64,000 nt of DNA from an uncultured virus (IMG/VR IMGVR_UViG_3300047491_000541) (lineage: Duplodnaviria > Heunggongvirae > Uroviricota > Caudoviricetes): IMG/VR virus record IMGVR_UViG_3300047491_000541. One strand, given 5' to 3'. Shown here piece after piece: positions 38,755 through 48,754 of this stretch. Position numbers and translations under genes: made by a program. Position 1 is the first letter of the stretch. Every line of letters starts with the position of its first letter. Below the pieces are notes generated by a model. It was given only the letters and a program-made list of their open reading frames with translations. It did no database searches and had not been told where the DNA came from.

Positions 38755-38806
38755 GTCCAACAAGTCGTCCGAGCGTACGGCTTCGCCGCTCAACTTCACG
38801 TTCGGC
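38755..38806 (+). repeat. attC-like site (52 bp)
   Basis: GTCCAAC..GAGCG / CGCTC..GTTCGGC; degenerate copy at 38148-38202. Confidence 0.7.
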
Positions 38807-39037
38807 GGTACATGGCACACCACCGACTTTTCATCGAGTCTGCGTGCCAGATACTCTATGCGGTCGTATGTCCAGGCATAGCCATAACACCACAGCCACA
38901 GTCCGTCATGCAGGTGAATGAGCCGCGATCCGTCTCCGTTTCGCACCACACTTCCTGGCGGGAGTTGTGCCACGTTTGCGGCAGTTACTCGCTGCCCCGG
39001 TTCAGTTGTGCCCATCAGTCCAGTCCCAGCACGAAAC

Positions 39038-39135
39038 GCCGAACAAGGCGCTGCTGCCAACATGGTGTGGAGACTCGCTTTACTTTGCATTTGGAGTCCT
39101 TTCCTCCCCGCCACACGGCGGGGCTTTGTCGGCCG
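39038..39135 (+). repeat. attC-like site (degenerate R'), paralog of 47111
   Basis: R'' GCCGAAC complements GTTCGGC at 38800; aaggcgctgctgccaacat..ctttgcatttggagtcctttcc shared with 47111-47205. Confidence 0.65.
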
Positions 39136-39597
39136 GCAGAAAGTACCGATACTTTGCCAACGCTTCGCCTTCCGGCACATATCCGACCCTCCGCCCACGA
39201 ACAAGTTCACGAAGTGGCGTGATGAACTCAGTCGTGTACGGATACGACCCGTTCGCAAACGACGGTATGACGTTTTGCGGCCCGATTGCCGCATAAAAAG
39301 ACTCCATGTCTACTTCTACAAATGCGGTCATCGAACTACCTCATCTTTGTCGTTTGGTCCATATAGATTTCCTGAAGCTTCCCAGCATCCCAAATCTTGT
39401 GAAGTGTCCACATAACTCAGCTCCCTTTCCGTTTCTTCACTACAATCCGGTATCGCTCCGGGACACTCTCCGGCGATGCCAATCCCGTCCGCTGCACGTA
39501 TCGGTAAATTCGTTCGGCATGGGCGTGTCCACGCTTCTTCCGCTGTCTAGCACTTGCGTCTTTCACGATTTTACCGTGGAGCCTCCCTATCAGACCA

Positions 39598-39984
39598 TTA
39601 GACCAGCTCTGCGACGAGCTTGGTCGTGATCTTGCCAGCGCAGATCGTGGTCGTGGTCGCCTTGATCGCCGCAATGGCCTCTGCCGCCTTCGCCTTCAGG
39701 CCATCAACGAGGGCCTCGTCCGCCGTCACAGCCTCACGAACTAGGGCGTCCACCGTGACGCCATTGAGCTTCGAGAGAGCCGCAGCCAACAGGAGCCACG
39801 GGTCCGCCTTCGCCACGATTGCCGACTCGTAGTCATCGCCCTTCTTGAGCGAACCCGTGATCTTGACCGTGAAAGACACAGGATACTCACCGGCTTTCAC
39901 ATTCGCCCCGGCTGCCTTCATCGCCGTATCCTTGATGACCTTCGCCAGAGCAACCACTTCCACGCTTTCCATTGCCTTACTCAT
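39598..39984 (-). CDS. Ala/Lys-rich hypothetical protein
   Basis: ORF from MSKAMES downstream of a promoter motif. Confidence 0.7.
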   Translation of the reverse strand: MSKAMESVEVVALAKVIKDTAMKAAGANVKAGEYPVSFTVKITGSLKKGDDYESAIVAKADPWLLLAAALSKLNGVTVDALVREAVTADEALVDGLKAKAAEAIAAIKATTTTICAGKITTKLVAELV

Positions 39985-40028
39985 AACCGTCTCTCTCTTG
40001 TTGTTTGACTTAATCCCCTTACACCCAT

Positions 40029-40054
40029 ACATTACCGGAATCCAGTCAGAATAA
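40029..40054 (-). promoter_or_regulatory. conserved phage promoter-like motif
   Basis: TTATTC-N12-GGTAATGT. Confidence 0.7.
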
Positions 40055-40127
40055 GGAATAAAAATGAAAAATCGGCAGCCCATCAAAGCCTCCGAACTTA
40101 TTCACCATCAAGCACTTACGTCATTCA

Positions 40128-40610
40128 TCAGACGGAATCAGCCACATTGAGCGATATTCCTCTCATAAGAGATGGTTTTCGACGAGCTGGTTTTCGTTCT
40201 CCGACGGCAAACCGGATTTCATATATCCGTCTTGGATCGAGCCGTTTGATCGTATCTGAAACAGTCTCCCGGAATTGCTCTTGTCGCATCTCCTTGAACA
40301 GCCTCTCGTCCCCAATGTCTTGTTTGCCTCTCCCAACATCGCCATAAACGAAGATGAACTCGTGAGCATTTTCTCGAACTAGAGTCGGCTCCTTGAACTT
40401 GAAAGCCTTTCCATTGATCGTCAAAATCAGTTCACCAGCAAAGACATCTCGATACACTTCATCTATATAACCAGAAACTTTCTTTCCTGTCTCCGCATGA
40501 ATGAATGATACCATCCGATGAAGCATTCTATAAACAACATACCGATCACTTCGTGATGAATGCGATGTTTTGAATAAGCCTGCAGGTATTTCCAATTCAG
40601 GTTCCTTCAT
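40128..40610 (-). CDS. hypothetical protein
   Basis: 160 aa, AAGGA RBS. Confidence 0.65.
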   Translation of the reverse strand: MKEPELEIPAGLFKTSHSSRSDRYVVYRMLHRMVSFIHAETGKKVSGYIDEVYRDVFAGELILTINGKAFKFKEPTLVRENAHEFIFVYGDVGRGKQDIGDERLFKEMRQEQFRETVSDTIKRLDPRRIYEIRFAVGERKPARRKPSLMRGISLNVADSV

Positions 40611-40689
40611 ATCTAATTCCTTTCTTCCGTATAAATAGCACGATACTGAATCGCCGTCAAGCCCCGACCCTAGAGATGTTTACAGGAAA

Positions 40690-41667
40690 TCAATCTGAAC
40701 AAGCTCTCTGCATCCGCTTCAGATACTCCGCCAGCCCCTCCCGCCACGGCATGGGCGCAGTGCCGAGCAGCGCGGTGATCTTGTCCTTGGACAGGACCGA
40801 ATAGGCGGGGCGCCGCGCCCGCGTGGGATAGGCCGCCGTGTCGCACGGCTCGATGCGGCAGGTGCCCGGAACCATGCCCAGCCGCCGTCCCTCCCCGGCG
40901 ATGGCCGAGGCAAATTCATACCAGGTTGTTTCGCCGCCGTCGGTGACATGGTAGATGCCGGAAGCATCGGGAAAGCGGGTGATGAGCGCCAGGATCACGG
41001 CGCAGAGCGAGGTGACGCGGGTAGGCGTGCCAAACTGGTCTGCGACCACCTGGATGCGTTCCCGCTCACGCATCAGGCGCAGCATCGTATGGACGAAGTT
41101 GCCGCCGTGGCGCCCGTAGAGCCATGCGGTGCGCAGAATGATCGCGCCGGGACAAGCCTCCAGAACCAGTCGCTCGCCGTCCGCCTTGGTCTGCGCATAG
41201 ACGCCGATTGGGCAGACGAGATCATCCTCGACGTACGGACGGCGCCCTGTACCGTCAAAGACATAGTCCGTCGAGAGGTGGATCAGCCGCGCGCCGCAGG
41301 CGGTTGCGATCATCGCGCAATTGGCCGCGCCTTGAGCATTCAGCCGACGCGCCTGATCGGAATCATCCTCCGCCCGGTCGACCGCCGTGTAGGCGGCCGC
41401 GTTCACGACCCAGTCAATCCGCCGTCCCGCCGCAAACGCCCGCAGCGCCGACGCATCGCCGATATCGCATTCGCGATCCGTCCCCACGCAGGGCCGCCCG
41501 GCGGCGGCCAGCGTCTCGGTCAGCTCGCGCCCCAGCATCCCTAGGCAGCCGACCACCCACACCGCCGCCGGTTTGGCACGCGCTTCCGCGATGGATGCCG
41601 CACGGCGGCGCTTTACAAGGTCTTGCATCATGTCTATCAGTGTCATTTGTTCCTCCATGCCAGACAC
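40690..41667 (-). CDS. rfbD: dTDP-4-dehydrorhamnose reductase with foreign N-terminal extension
   Basis: GCLGMLG, NAAAYTAVD, HLSTDYVFDG, YAQTK, LRTAWLYG, VADQFGTPT, RRPAYSVL. Confidence 0.93.
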   Translation of the reverse strand: MSGMEEQMTLIDMMQDLVKRRRAASIAEARAKPAAVWVVGCLGMLGRELTETLAAAGRPCVGTDRECDIGDASALRAFAAGRRIDWVVNAAAYTAVDRAEDDSDQARRLNAQGAANCAMIATACGARLIHLSTDYVFDGTGRRPYVEDDLVCPIGVYAQTKADGERLVLEACPGAIILRTAWLYGRHGGNFVHTMLRLMRERERIQVVADQFGTPTRVTSLCAVILALITRFPDASGIYHVTDGGETTWYEFASAIAGEGRRLGMVPGTCRIEPCDTAAYPTRARRPAYSVLSKDKITALLGTAPMPWREGLAEYLKRMQRACSD

Positions 41668-41725
41668 CCAACAAATGGCGTTAGCCTACTTCGCTTCGCT
41701 CCGAGGCTGCGCCCCGTTGTTGGCT
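41666..41725 (+). repeat. attC-like site (60 bp)
   Basis: ACCCAAC..GGCGTTAGCCT / AGGCTGCGCC..GTTGGCT with CGCTTCGCT loop. Confidence 0.8.
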
Positions 41726-42479
41726 GTTCGGACGATCAAGAAAGCGTATCTCGATGCCCCAGTATCCCCATCCGATCATCAGCGATGCAGCGCATTGCCC
41801 GTTGTGCCGCTCGCGCAACCATAGTCCGCAGGACGGCCACAGGATAAAAACGTCATCTCGGTATGTGTGGAACTCAACCATGTAAACCTCCGTCTGAACA
41901 TCCGGCCATTTATTGGCCGTTATTGAGGTGTATCGCGCTGTTGACCCGCTCGATCAGCATAATCACGGCTCGCTCGCATCTTGCCTTGCCGGTCATTATT
42001 CAATCCCTAGCGCTTGGCGCATCTCTCTACGCGCTTGCTTTGCTCCGCGCTCAGTCCCGGCCTTGTGTCCGGCGAGCCATGCGTCCTTTACCTGCCGCAA
42101 CACGTCTTGTTCGTGGGAGTGTTCTCCGTTCATCAGCGTCATGAACTCTCCATCGTAATCCCACAACTCGGCCCGCTTCTCAGTCACGGATTCGCCGCCA
42201 TTCCCGCCGACCAGCGTGTCCTCAAACAGCAATGCGCTCACGTCGTCGCCCAGGTCGTAATTGCCTTTCGGTTCAATAGTGCAAACCATCTCACTCCGCT
42301 CGAAGTTTGATTTGTCATTCATGCCGCTTGCCTTTCGATAGGTTGTCGCTTGCCCATGTTGCATTCTACCCGGATTGCACCTTGCTCTTTCATCTTTTCC
42401 TTCCCGCCCCGGCTTGTGTTAGCTAGGGCATTGACGGGACGCTATTCAGTGCCCGTCATGCTGTTGTTATGCGCCCTAT

Positions 42480-43103
42480 TCATTGCTCAAAAAAGTCCTG
42501 ATAGGCCGTGCGACACGCCGTGCAGCCACACTCGCCTTTGCATGGGTCATTGCACTTTGCTGTGCACGTACACGGGATTCCGTCATACGGGTCAAAGATG
42601 CGCGAACCAGCGCCTCCACATGTATTCGCCTTGTTGGCAGGACAATCGGTGCCGGATGATTTGCAGTCGTCATGCGTGCGTTCCATAATGGTTTCGATTT
42701 CACCAGTTTCCCGGTTGATACTGGAGTCGGGTCCGTACTTCTCACAAACAGCATCGCGGTAGAGCGCGTCACCCTTGGCAATGAGCTTGTAGCCTTTGGC
42801 GCGGAGCGCGTCACCTTTGGCAAGGAGATTGCGACCTTTGGCGAGGAGCTTGTAGCCTTTAGCAATGAGCCCGTAGCCTCTGGCGTAGAGCCTGTTTTCG
42901 CCAGCACGGAGTCCTTGACCTTCGGCATGGAGATTGTCGCTTTTGGCAAGGTGCTTGTCGCCTTCAGCGCGGAGCTTGTTGCCTTCGGTAATGAGCTTGA
43001 CGCTTTCATAGAGGGGCCTGTCTCCTTCGACGATGAGCTTATTGCCCTCAGCGCGAAGCTTGTTGCGTGCTTCCCATGCGTCTTGAATCGGTTCGTGTTT
43101 CAT
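42480..43103 (-). CDS. orphan heptad-repeat family protein fused to a Cys-rich C-terminal module
   Basis: MKHEPIQDAW..GEIET, then CTCTAKCNDPCKGECGCTAC. Confidence 0.75.
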   Translation of the reverse strand: MKHEPIQDAWEARNKLRAEGNKLIVEGDRPLYESVKLITEGNKLRAEGDKHLAKSDNLHAEGQGLRAGENRLYARGYGLIAKGYKLLAKGRNLLAKGDALRAKGYKLIAKGDALYRDAVCEKYGPDSSINRETGEIETIMERTHDDCKSSGTDCPANKANTCGGAGSRIFDPYDGIPCTCTAKCNDPCKGECGCTACRTAYQDFFEQ

Positions 43104-43141
43104 CTACTATCTCCACCCGACCTTATCGTCTGTCATTAAGT

Positions 43142-43405
43142 CTATCTTTCTGGTTTTGGATTGGATTCCGAAGTCCGGTCAAGCCCGGCGTTCTGCACAT
43201 AGGCGGTTGCCGCTCCACAGGTACACTGATGCGCAGTTTTCCCGTGCTTCTGGCAGTTCCACCAGCCGAGGCTGGCGCGGTACTCGTGGACGGCAGCCCA
43301 CAGATCGGAGAGTGCCGCAATCCATTCCTCCGGCGTGCGCTTATCATTGGCCCACACGCAGAGCACCTTGGAGGCCGCCTGCTCAAGGCGTTCTGAATCC
43401 GTCAT
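43142..43405 (-). CDS. cassette-borne hypothetical protein
   Basis: 87 aa, GGAGGAG RBS. Confidence 0.55.
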   Translation of the reverse strand: MTDSERLEQAASKVLCVWANDKRTPEEWIAALSDLWAAVHEYRASLGWWNCQKHGKTAHQCTCGAATAYVQNAGLDRTSESNPKPER

Positions 43406-43879
43406 GTCTTTTCTCCTCCATCATACGTTTCTCCCGCCGGGTCGCCCACCCTGCACGGCTCGACGCTTCATGCTTTCGTTGACCTCGTGACCCGGCTGAC
43501 AGTCCCATGTGCCATCGGGGCGCTGCGCGTTGTGCGGAGGAACGTAGCCATCTGCGCCGCAGATGGCGCGGACCGCCTCAACGCTGATCCCCCAGCGCGA
43601 GGATAAGTAGCCGTCCGTGTAGTGGTTCCGTGCGGCGCGGGCAATCTTGCGGTGTTGGTCCCTGTCCAGCCCGTAGGCCATTGGGTGCAGTGATGCAAGG
43701 CCAACCATTGCAGGCACCGTACCATGATCCCGCGCCGGTGTTGTTGTTGAGGCAGTCGTTGTCATTCTGGCTCCTGTCCGGTGCTGCTGTTGGTCTGCTG
43801 ATAAGGTCCGTCGCCAAGGGCGTCACAATGATTACAGTATCCAGCAGGGTCAGTCGCTTTTTTACACGACGGGCAAACA

Positions 43880-43942
43880 GCAGAACAATCCGATGGAGAA
43901 CTATCGCCGCTTCGCGCCGAAGTCTCGGCTTTGTTGTCCCCA
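43880..43942 (+). repeat. attC-like site (degenerate)
   Basis: GCAGAAC..GGAGA..CGCTTCGCG..TCTC..GCTTTGTT. Confidence 0.55.
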
Positions 43943-44941
43943 ACCACCCGCGCATCCCGATCCATCATACGTTTCTCCCGCCGTGTCACCCACCCTGCAC
44001 GGCTCGACGCCGACGCATTGCTGTGACGCCGAAGCGTCGTTGCCAATGCGCCGCGCTCGTATGCCGACTTTTCCCAATCGGCGACCGTGCCGCACAAAAT
44101 ACGAAATGGCTTGATCTGGATAATCATCTTATAACCTCCTCGCCGTTCGGCGACTTCATCGCGATGTACTCCTCGAAAATCATTCGCAGGTCTGCGGCGC
44201 GACAGTTGCCGATGATCCTTGAACCAGGCTCCCACGAAATAGCGCAGCGCAGGCCGTGGGCAGCAACCGAAAGCAGGTCTCCGTCAGTGCATGTCGTCGA
44301 GCCGTCCGGTTCATAACTACCGTATGTCCGCTGTGCGTCTTTGTCATTCATGGTGTTCTTCCTGTGCCGCCGGAGTCTGACCGGCGGCGTTGTTGTGGCT
44401 CCGCTTCGCCTTTTCCTTGCGTGTATTCCACGCCCGCTTTCGGGCGGCGGCGGACGGCTGGCCCATCGCAAAACCCTTCTTTACCTTGGCCCGCCCCCCG
44501 GCCTGCGGGCCGGGGAGCTTCCATTCGTGATTGCAGGCGGGACACTTCATCGCAGTACGATCCCCTGTGAATCAAATGGCGCGAAACGCGACACCCAACT
44601 TTGGGTGTCCCCAAAGCACGCCCGCCCGATCCATGCGAAGGATGGAACGTCTTCCGTGTCAATCGTTCTTGCCCAGACGACCAATCCAAACAGTAGCCAC
44701 TCCTTTCGGAGTGACTGCTGTTCGAGAGATTTCCTAACGACTCGTAGTCGCACTTCGACTTTCACAAAGTCACCTCCTCTTCCATCCGCTTCACACACCG
44801 GAATGTCGGATCTCCGCCACAAACGCCGAAAGTCTTGCGGACCTTCTCGGCCCATTCGCGGACTTCGGCGAGTGTGGCGAACGTCTTGGTTTCTTCCGTT
44901 TCCTACACCGTCACGATGTACTGTTCTGTTTTCATGGCGCC

Positions 44942-44970
44942 ATTATCACATAAGCCGTTATGCCAGTCAA
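44942..44970 (-). promoter_or_regulatory. sigma70-like promoter
   Basis: TTGACT-N17-GATAAT. Confidence 0.5.
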
Positions 44971-45443
44971 CAACCATTTTCATCTTTTTTGCGCGCTGTT
45001 CGGCTTCCTCGGCTTCCAGTGTTCACACGTCGCCCACAGCCCAGAGATGATGCACGACCGCTTCCGGCCCGCCGACTCGTGCAGGCAGTGCTTCATAGCT
45101 TCCTTTTGCCATTCCCCGTCATGGTCCCAATGCTCGCAGCACATGCACACGCGGTCAGCCGAACCAGACGGTGGAGCATATTCGCTACCGCTCAATGCCC
45201 ACCTCCTTCCCGCAGTGCCGACACCGCCAGTCCCGCCAAAAACCTACGGCAGCGGCCGTGACGAGAAACATTGCTAGAACAATGAGCGGATGCCACCCGC
45301 CATTATGCCCACACTCGATGCAGTACATTGATCTCCCTTCCGCACCGGCTGACCCGAAAGGCCCACCAGCTCATCGAGCGGATGCGCTATCGCGTCCCGC
45401 TCCTGCTATTGTTACCCATCATACTCTCATTACCGTCCGGCCA

Positions 45444-45926
45444 TTATTGGCCGTTACTGAGGTGTATCGCTCTGTTCTCACACGGCATGTTCGGAGCATG
45501 AGAGTGCCCACACCTGTCGCAAAGGTCAGCCGTATGTCGCTTCAGCCCAGACATGTGCGAACAAGAGCATTGAGCGCGACTCGCTACCGCTCGCGGCTCA
45601 TGCTCGGCGTTATGCGTCGCTAGTGCAGCCAGGAACTCCCTTACCCTCTGCATTAGGTACTTGTCGCGCACTCGCTCGACAACGCCGCAGATTCCGCCGT
45701 GGTGCTCTTCCCATCGTCGACAACGCCGCTTGTACAGGTCTAGCATGTCGGCAAACGTGTAGGTGTTCCACTCGTTACTCCGGCCTTCTTCCCATCGCCA
45801 ATGCCATTGCGCCGCCAATTCGGCCTCTTCAAGCGCCAACAACTTATCGTCTGCCGTTCTAACTATCTCTGTCAGTACATCGCCAATCTGCCCTTGAGTT
45901 GGTTCATTCATTTGTTCCTCCTCCAT
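45444..45926 (-). CDS. cassette-fusion hypothetical protein
   Basis: 160 aa reading in frame through attC 45556-45615 (HNAEHEPRAVASRAQCSCSH). Confidence 0.55.
   Translation of the reverse strand: MEEEQMNEPTQGQIGDVLTEIVRTADDKLLALEEAELAAQWHWRWEEGRSNEWNTYTFADMLDLYKRRCRRWEEHHGGICGVVERVRDKYLMQRVREFLAALATHNAEHEPRAVASRAQCSCSHMSGLKRHTADLCDRCGHSHAPNMPCENRAIHLSNGQ
45556..45615 (+). repeat. attC-like site (60 bp)
   Basis: TGCGAAC..GCATTGAGC / GCTCATGC TCGGC GTTATGC; extra T; R'' 6/7 with GTTCTCA at 45474. Confidence 0.85.
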
Positions 45927-46130
45927 TCCATCTCATTACCGCGTCCGGCCATTTATTGTCTCGTCCCTGGCCATACCGTGATAGTCGTCACCTGCAGCGG
46001 ATCGCCCGTACCTGACGTGCGGTACGGTTGAGGCGGCTGGTTTATGCCAATCGTGATGTGGCAATTGCATTCCGGCATCCACGGGGCAAGTCCCTTGCCG
46101 CAGCGTGGGCATTGCCAGCCTACTGGAACC

Positions 46131-46275
46131 GGCGCACAAGGCGGCTCATCCCTACGACTGGCCTGTTCCTTGGTCGTGCTATCGTTCTTCTTCATGGTCG
46201 TGTTATCGGTCTTCTTCATGGTCATTCCTCCTTTTGTTATTTCCGGCCAGCCGAGGCTGACCGATGGCGTTACCC
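46131..46275 (+). repeat. long attC-like site, family ending GGCCAGCCGAGGCTGACC
   Basis: CCCTACGACTGGCC / GGCCAGCCGAGG arms; related ends at 50155, 50899, 51226. Confidence 0.55.
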
Positions 46276-46578
46276 ATCATACTCTCGTTACCGCCTCCGG
46301 CCATTTATTGGCCGTTATTGAGGCGTATCGCGCTGTTGTGTGCTGGCTCCATTTCCGTGTAGACGTATGCCCCGACATCATCGCTATCGTCGTGGGCTAC
46401 CCACCATACGTCGCCGCCGTGTCCCGGCACCATCTCCTTGACTGTGCCGATCACGCCTTCCGTGCGACACTCCAAGTGTCGCGGCTTGACGAACATTCCC
46501 GTAGTCTCACCGAGCTTCCCGATCTTCACCAACATTCCGATCTTCACTTCGCTGTCGTTCATATTTCCTCCAATCAGC

Positions 46579-46639
46579 ACCCAACAACGGGGTGCAGAAC
46601 TACCTCTCTTCGCTCGGAGTCTGACCACGAGCATTCGGC
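46579..46639 (+). repeat. attC-like site (61 bp)
   Basis: ACCCAAC..GGTGCAGA / TCTGACC..ATTCGGC; extra G in the left arm. Confidence 0.75.
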
Positions 46640-47163
46640 CTAAAGATCACCACCGCGCTTGCGAACGGCGCACAGTTGTTTGGTGCGTGTCGCCCATCGG
46701 CCACTGAAGGCGTCACTGGGCGGATGGATTTGCCGCCGGTCGTTTGGAATTTTAGTCGTCCGCGCACAAATCGGATTTCGCCTTTGATGGCATATTCATG
46801 CCACCATACTGAATCCGTCCGCGCTGGCACAAGGCACACCACAGTCGCGCCGTATTGGCTTTCCATGTAGGCTTTCTCCACCCACGCACGTATGACTTTC
46901 GCGCAGCGCGGTCCGCTGGTATATGGCGGATTAAGCCACACTGTTTCACCCGTCCACGATTGTTTCAGGCCGTCATCCTCCACCGTGTAGTGCTTAACGC
47001 ACTTGGCATTTTCGTGAGTGCTCGCAGCATCGAGCGTGAATCGAAACTCGGCGTTGAGCTTGTCGAAGAAGTCCTGCGGAGTGGCCCATTCTGATGTGGA
47101 CGCGCTAAACGCCGAACAAGGCGCTGCTGCCAACATAGTGTTGAGATTCAGCTCACTTTGCAT
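46600..47163 (-). CDS. phage-type DNA N6-adenine methyltransferase
   Basis: EWATPQDFFDKLNAEF.FTLDAA, DDGLKQSW, WLNPPY, LVPARTD..WW, GRLKF, APFAS; start MQSEL inside an attC loop. Confidence 0.88.
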   Translation of the reverse strand: MQSELNLNTMLAAAPCSAFSASTSEWATPQDFFDKLNAEFRFTLDAASTHENAKCVKHYTVEDDGLKQSWTGETVWLNPPYTSGPRCAKVIRAWVEKAYMESQYGATVVCLVPARTDSVWWHEYAIKGEIRFVRGRLKFQTTGGKSIRPVTPSVADGRHAPNNCAPFASAVVIFRPNARGQTPSEER

Positions 47164-47205
47164 TTGGAGTCCTTTCCGCCCCGCCGCAGAGCTTGGTCGT
47201 TGGCC
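47111..47205 (+). repeat. attC-like site (95 bp)
   Basis: GCCGAAC..GCTGCTGC / GCAGAGC TTGGTC GTTGGCC. Confidence 0.75.
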
Positions 47206-47817
47206 GGAAGAAGATGGAGCTCGAACAGGTTGTAGCATGGATGGCACTTTCCGATTTCGTCGGTGCATAGCCACCGCTGGTCGCCAATGTGCTTCGTCAG
47301 CGTGACGCGGAGGCGAGAACTGACAACGAATGCCTCGCGTCCAACAAGGCAATCGAGAGGTACGGCAACCCGCCGCCGGGGTTTCTTCTCTTGCATCACA
47401 GTCCTTTCTTGGCTGGTTGCCCATCACCGCTGGCGTTGGGCGAGGGAGGATTGCGCCTCCCCGCCGCGCGTGTTACAGCTCAATGCGCGATAACAGGTTC
47501 TCCATGCTCACGCGAAGCTGTTCGTTTACCCGTTCAGTAAGGCGTTCGATCTCTTCAGCCATTGGGGCCATCTGTTGTCGCGGTGCCGTGGGCTTCGCTT
47601 CGCACGGCGTGGTGTTTGGCCGCAGGACCATACAAATCCGCTGTTCGAGTTCGATGTAGACATCTTCCAAGTGCGCTATGGCATTCTCCAGCCTCACCAT
47701 TTGCTCCGTAATTTGCGGCTTCTGCTCTTCTACCGCAGCTCTGATTGTGCATCTCGATTCCATCTTCGTTCTCCCTGTCCCCCCGTGTTTTGTTGTTGCT
47801 GGTCGGACTGGGGAAAC

Positions 47818-47877
47818 GCCCAATCAGCAAATACAACCTATCTCGCTCCGCTCGAAGTTTGATTTATCACGTCGGCC
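47818..47877 (+). repeat. attC-like site (60 bp, degenerate cores)
   Basis: GCCCAAT..AAATACAA / TTGATTT..GTCGGCC; GCTCGAAGTTTGATTT shared with 42298 and 50511. Confidence 0.6.
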
Positions 47878-47920
47878 TTGACGCATATTGGGATGTTGGC
47901 TTCATTGTACCGCTGCATCT

Positions 47921-48026
47921 TGAAGTCAGACAGCAAAGGAGCCAAGTCACCGTATTCGTCTCAAATACGTTCCCACTCAGCATCGACCTCTGAACCATGT
48001 TCTGAAATCCATTCGTCGTAAGTCAT
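47921..48026 (-). pseudogene. decayed paralog of 38398-38595
   Basis: MTYDEWISEHGSEVDAEWERI*DEYGDLAPLL, TGA at 47961-47963. Confidence 0.65.
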
Positions 48027-48258
48027 AATAATTTCCAATCATCCTTGTTGTTCGATGTATCGGCTTTCGCAGCCTCGATTTCCTTTGCCGCACGGTGTCC
48101 AGCCATACGGCACTTGCCGGCGAGCCGCATCATCCCGCGTACAGTTTCGGTCAGAGCCATCCGGCAATCGAGGCAGACGGTGATTCCCTCGCTGCCGTTG
48201 CAGTACAGGGCAAGGTGCTTGGCGTCGACTGCAAGGCAGTCCTGCCAACAAATAGAAC

Positions 48259-48318
48259 ATTGAACAAAGTTATTCATGCTACCTCCCTCCTCTCGGAGCA
48301 TGACGCTCCGTGTTCTGC
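48259..48318 (+). repeat. attC-like site (60 bp)
   Basis: ATTGAAC..TTCATGCT / AGCATGA..GTTCTGC; ATG of MNNFVQC in the arm, GGAGG in the loop. Confidence 0.65.
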
Positions 48319-48635
48319 GGATGCTTCACGGCCTTGACGCTTATCGGGATGTTCGCCTTACGAATCACAACCTCGATGCGCGACTTACCAACGGGATTTG
48401 CCGAATGGCATCGAGTTCCGTCTTTCGGCCATACGCCATGCGCTTCCATCCAACACACAACCTTGTACCCGGTATCATCGCCTCCGAGGTCGTGATCCAG
48501 GCTGCACTCTACGACGTGCCCCTGTTCCAGAACGGAAATGGCTTCCGCGCTCGTCCTGGCAACAGTCCATCCGTAGAGCCCAAACCGTTCAGGATCGCGT
48601 TGATCGTCGACGAAAAGGCGAATAAGAGGATTCAT
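48279..48635 (-). CDS. cyclic-phosphate-processing receiver-like domain protein
   Basis: LFVDDQR..ART..EAI..SLDHDLG..TGY..HSANPVG. Confidence 0.75.
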   Translation of the reverse strand: MNPLIRLFVDDQRDPERFGLYGWTVARTSAEAISVLEQGHVVECSLDHDLGGDDTGYKVVCWMEAHGVWPKDGTRCHSANPVGKSRIEVVIRKANIPISVKAVKHPQNTERHAPRGGR

Positions 48636-48675
48636 GCTACGTCCTTTAGGCCGAGCATGATGCTCGGCGTTCGGC
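48617..48675 (+). repeat. attC-like site (59 bp)
   Basis: GGCGAAT..TTCATGCT / AGCATGA TGCTCGGC GTTCGGC; paralog of 48259. Confidence 0.65.
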
Positions 48676-48754
48676 GGATGCTTCACGGCGCCGTTGATCG
48701 TCTTGTCATTGTCCATCGTTTCCTCCCGGCGCGGATTCATCCGCGCCTGACTTG

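Larger units (their letters stand above)
36300..39340 (+). mobile_element. attC cassette cluster A
   Basis: Short minus-strand ORFs separated by attC-like hairpins at 36665, 37479, 37739, 37952, 38148, 38755, 39038. Confidence 0.75.
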
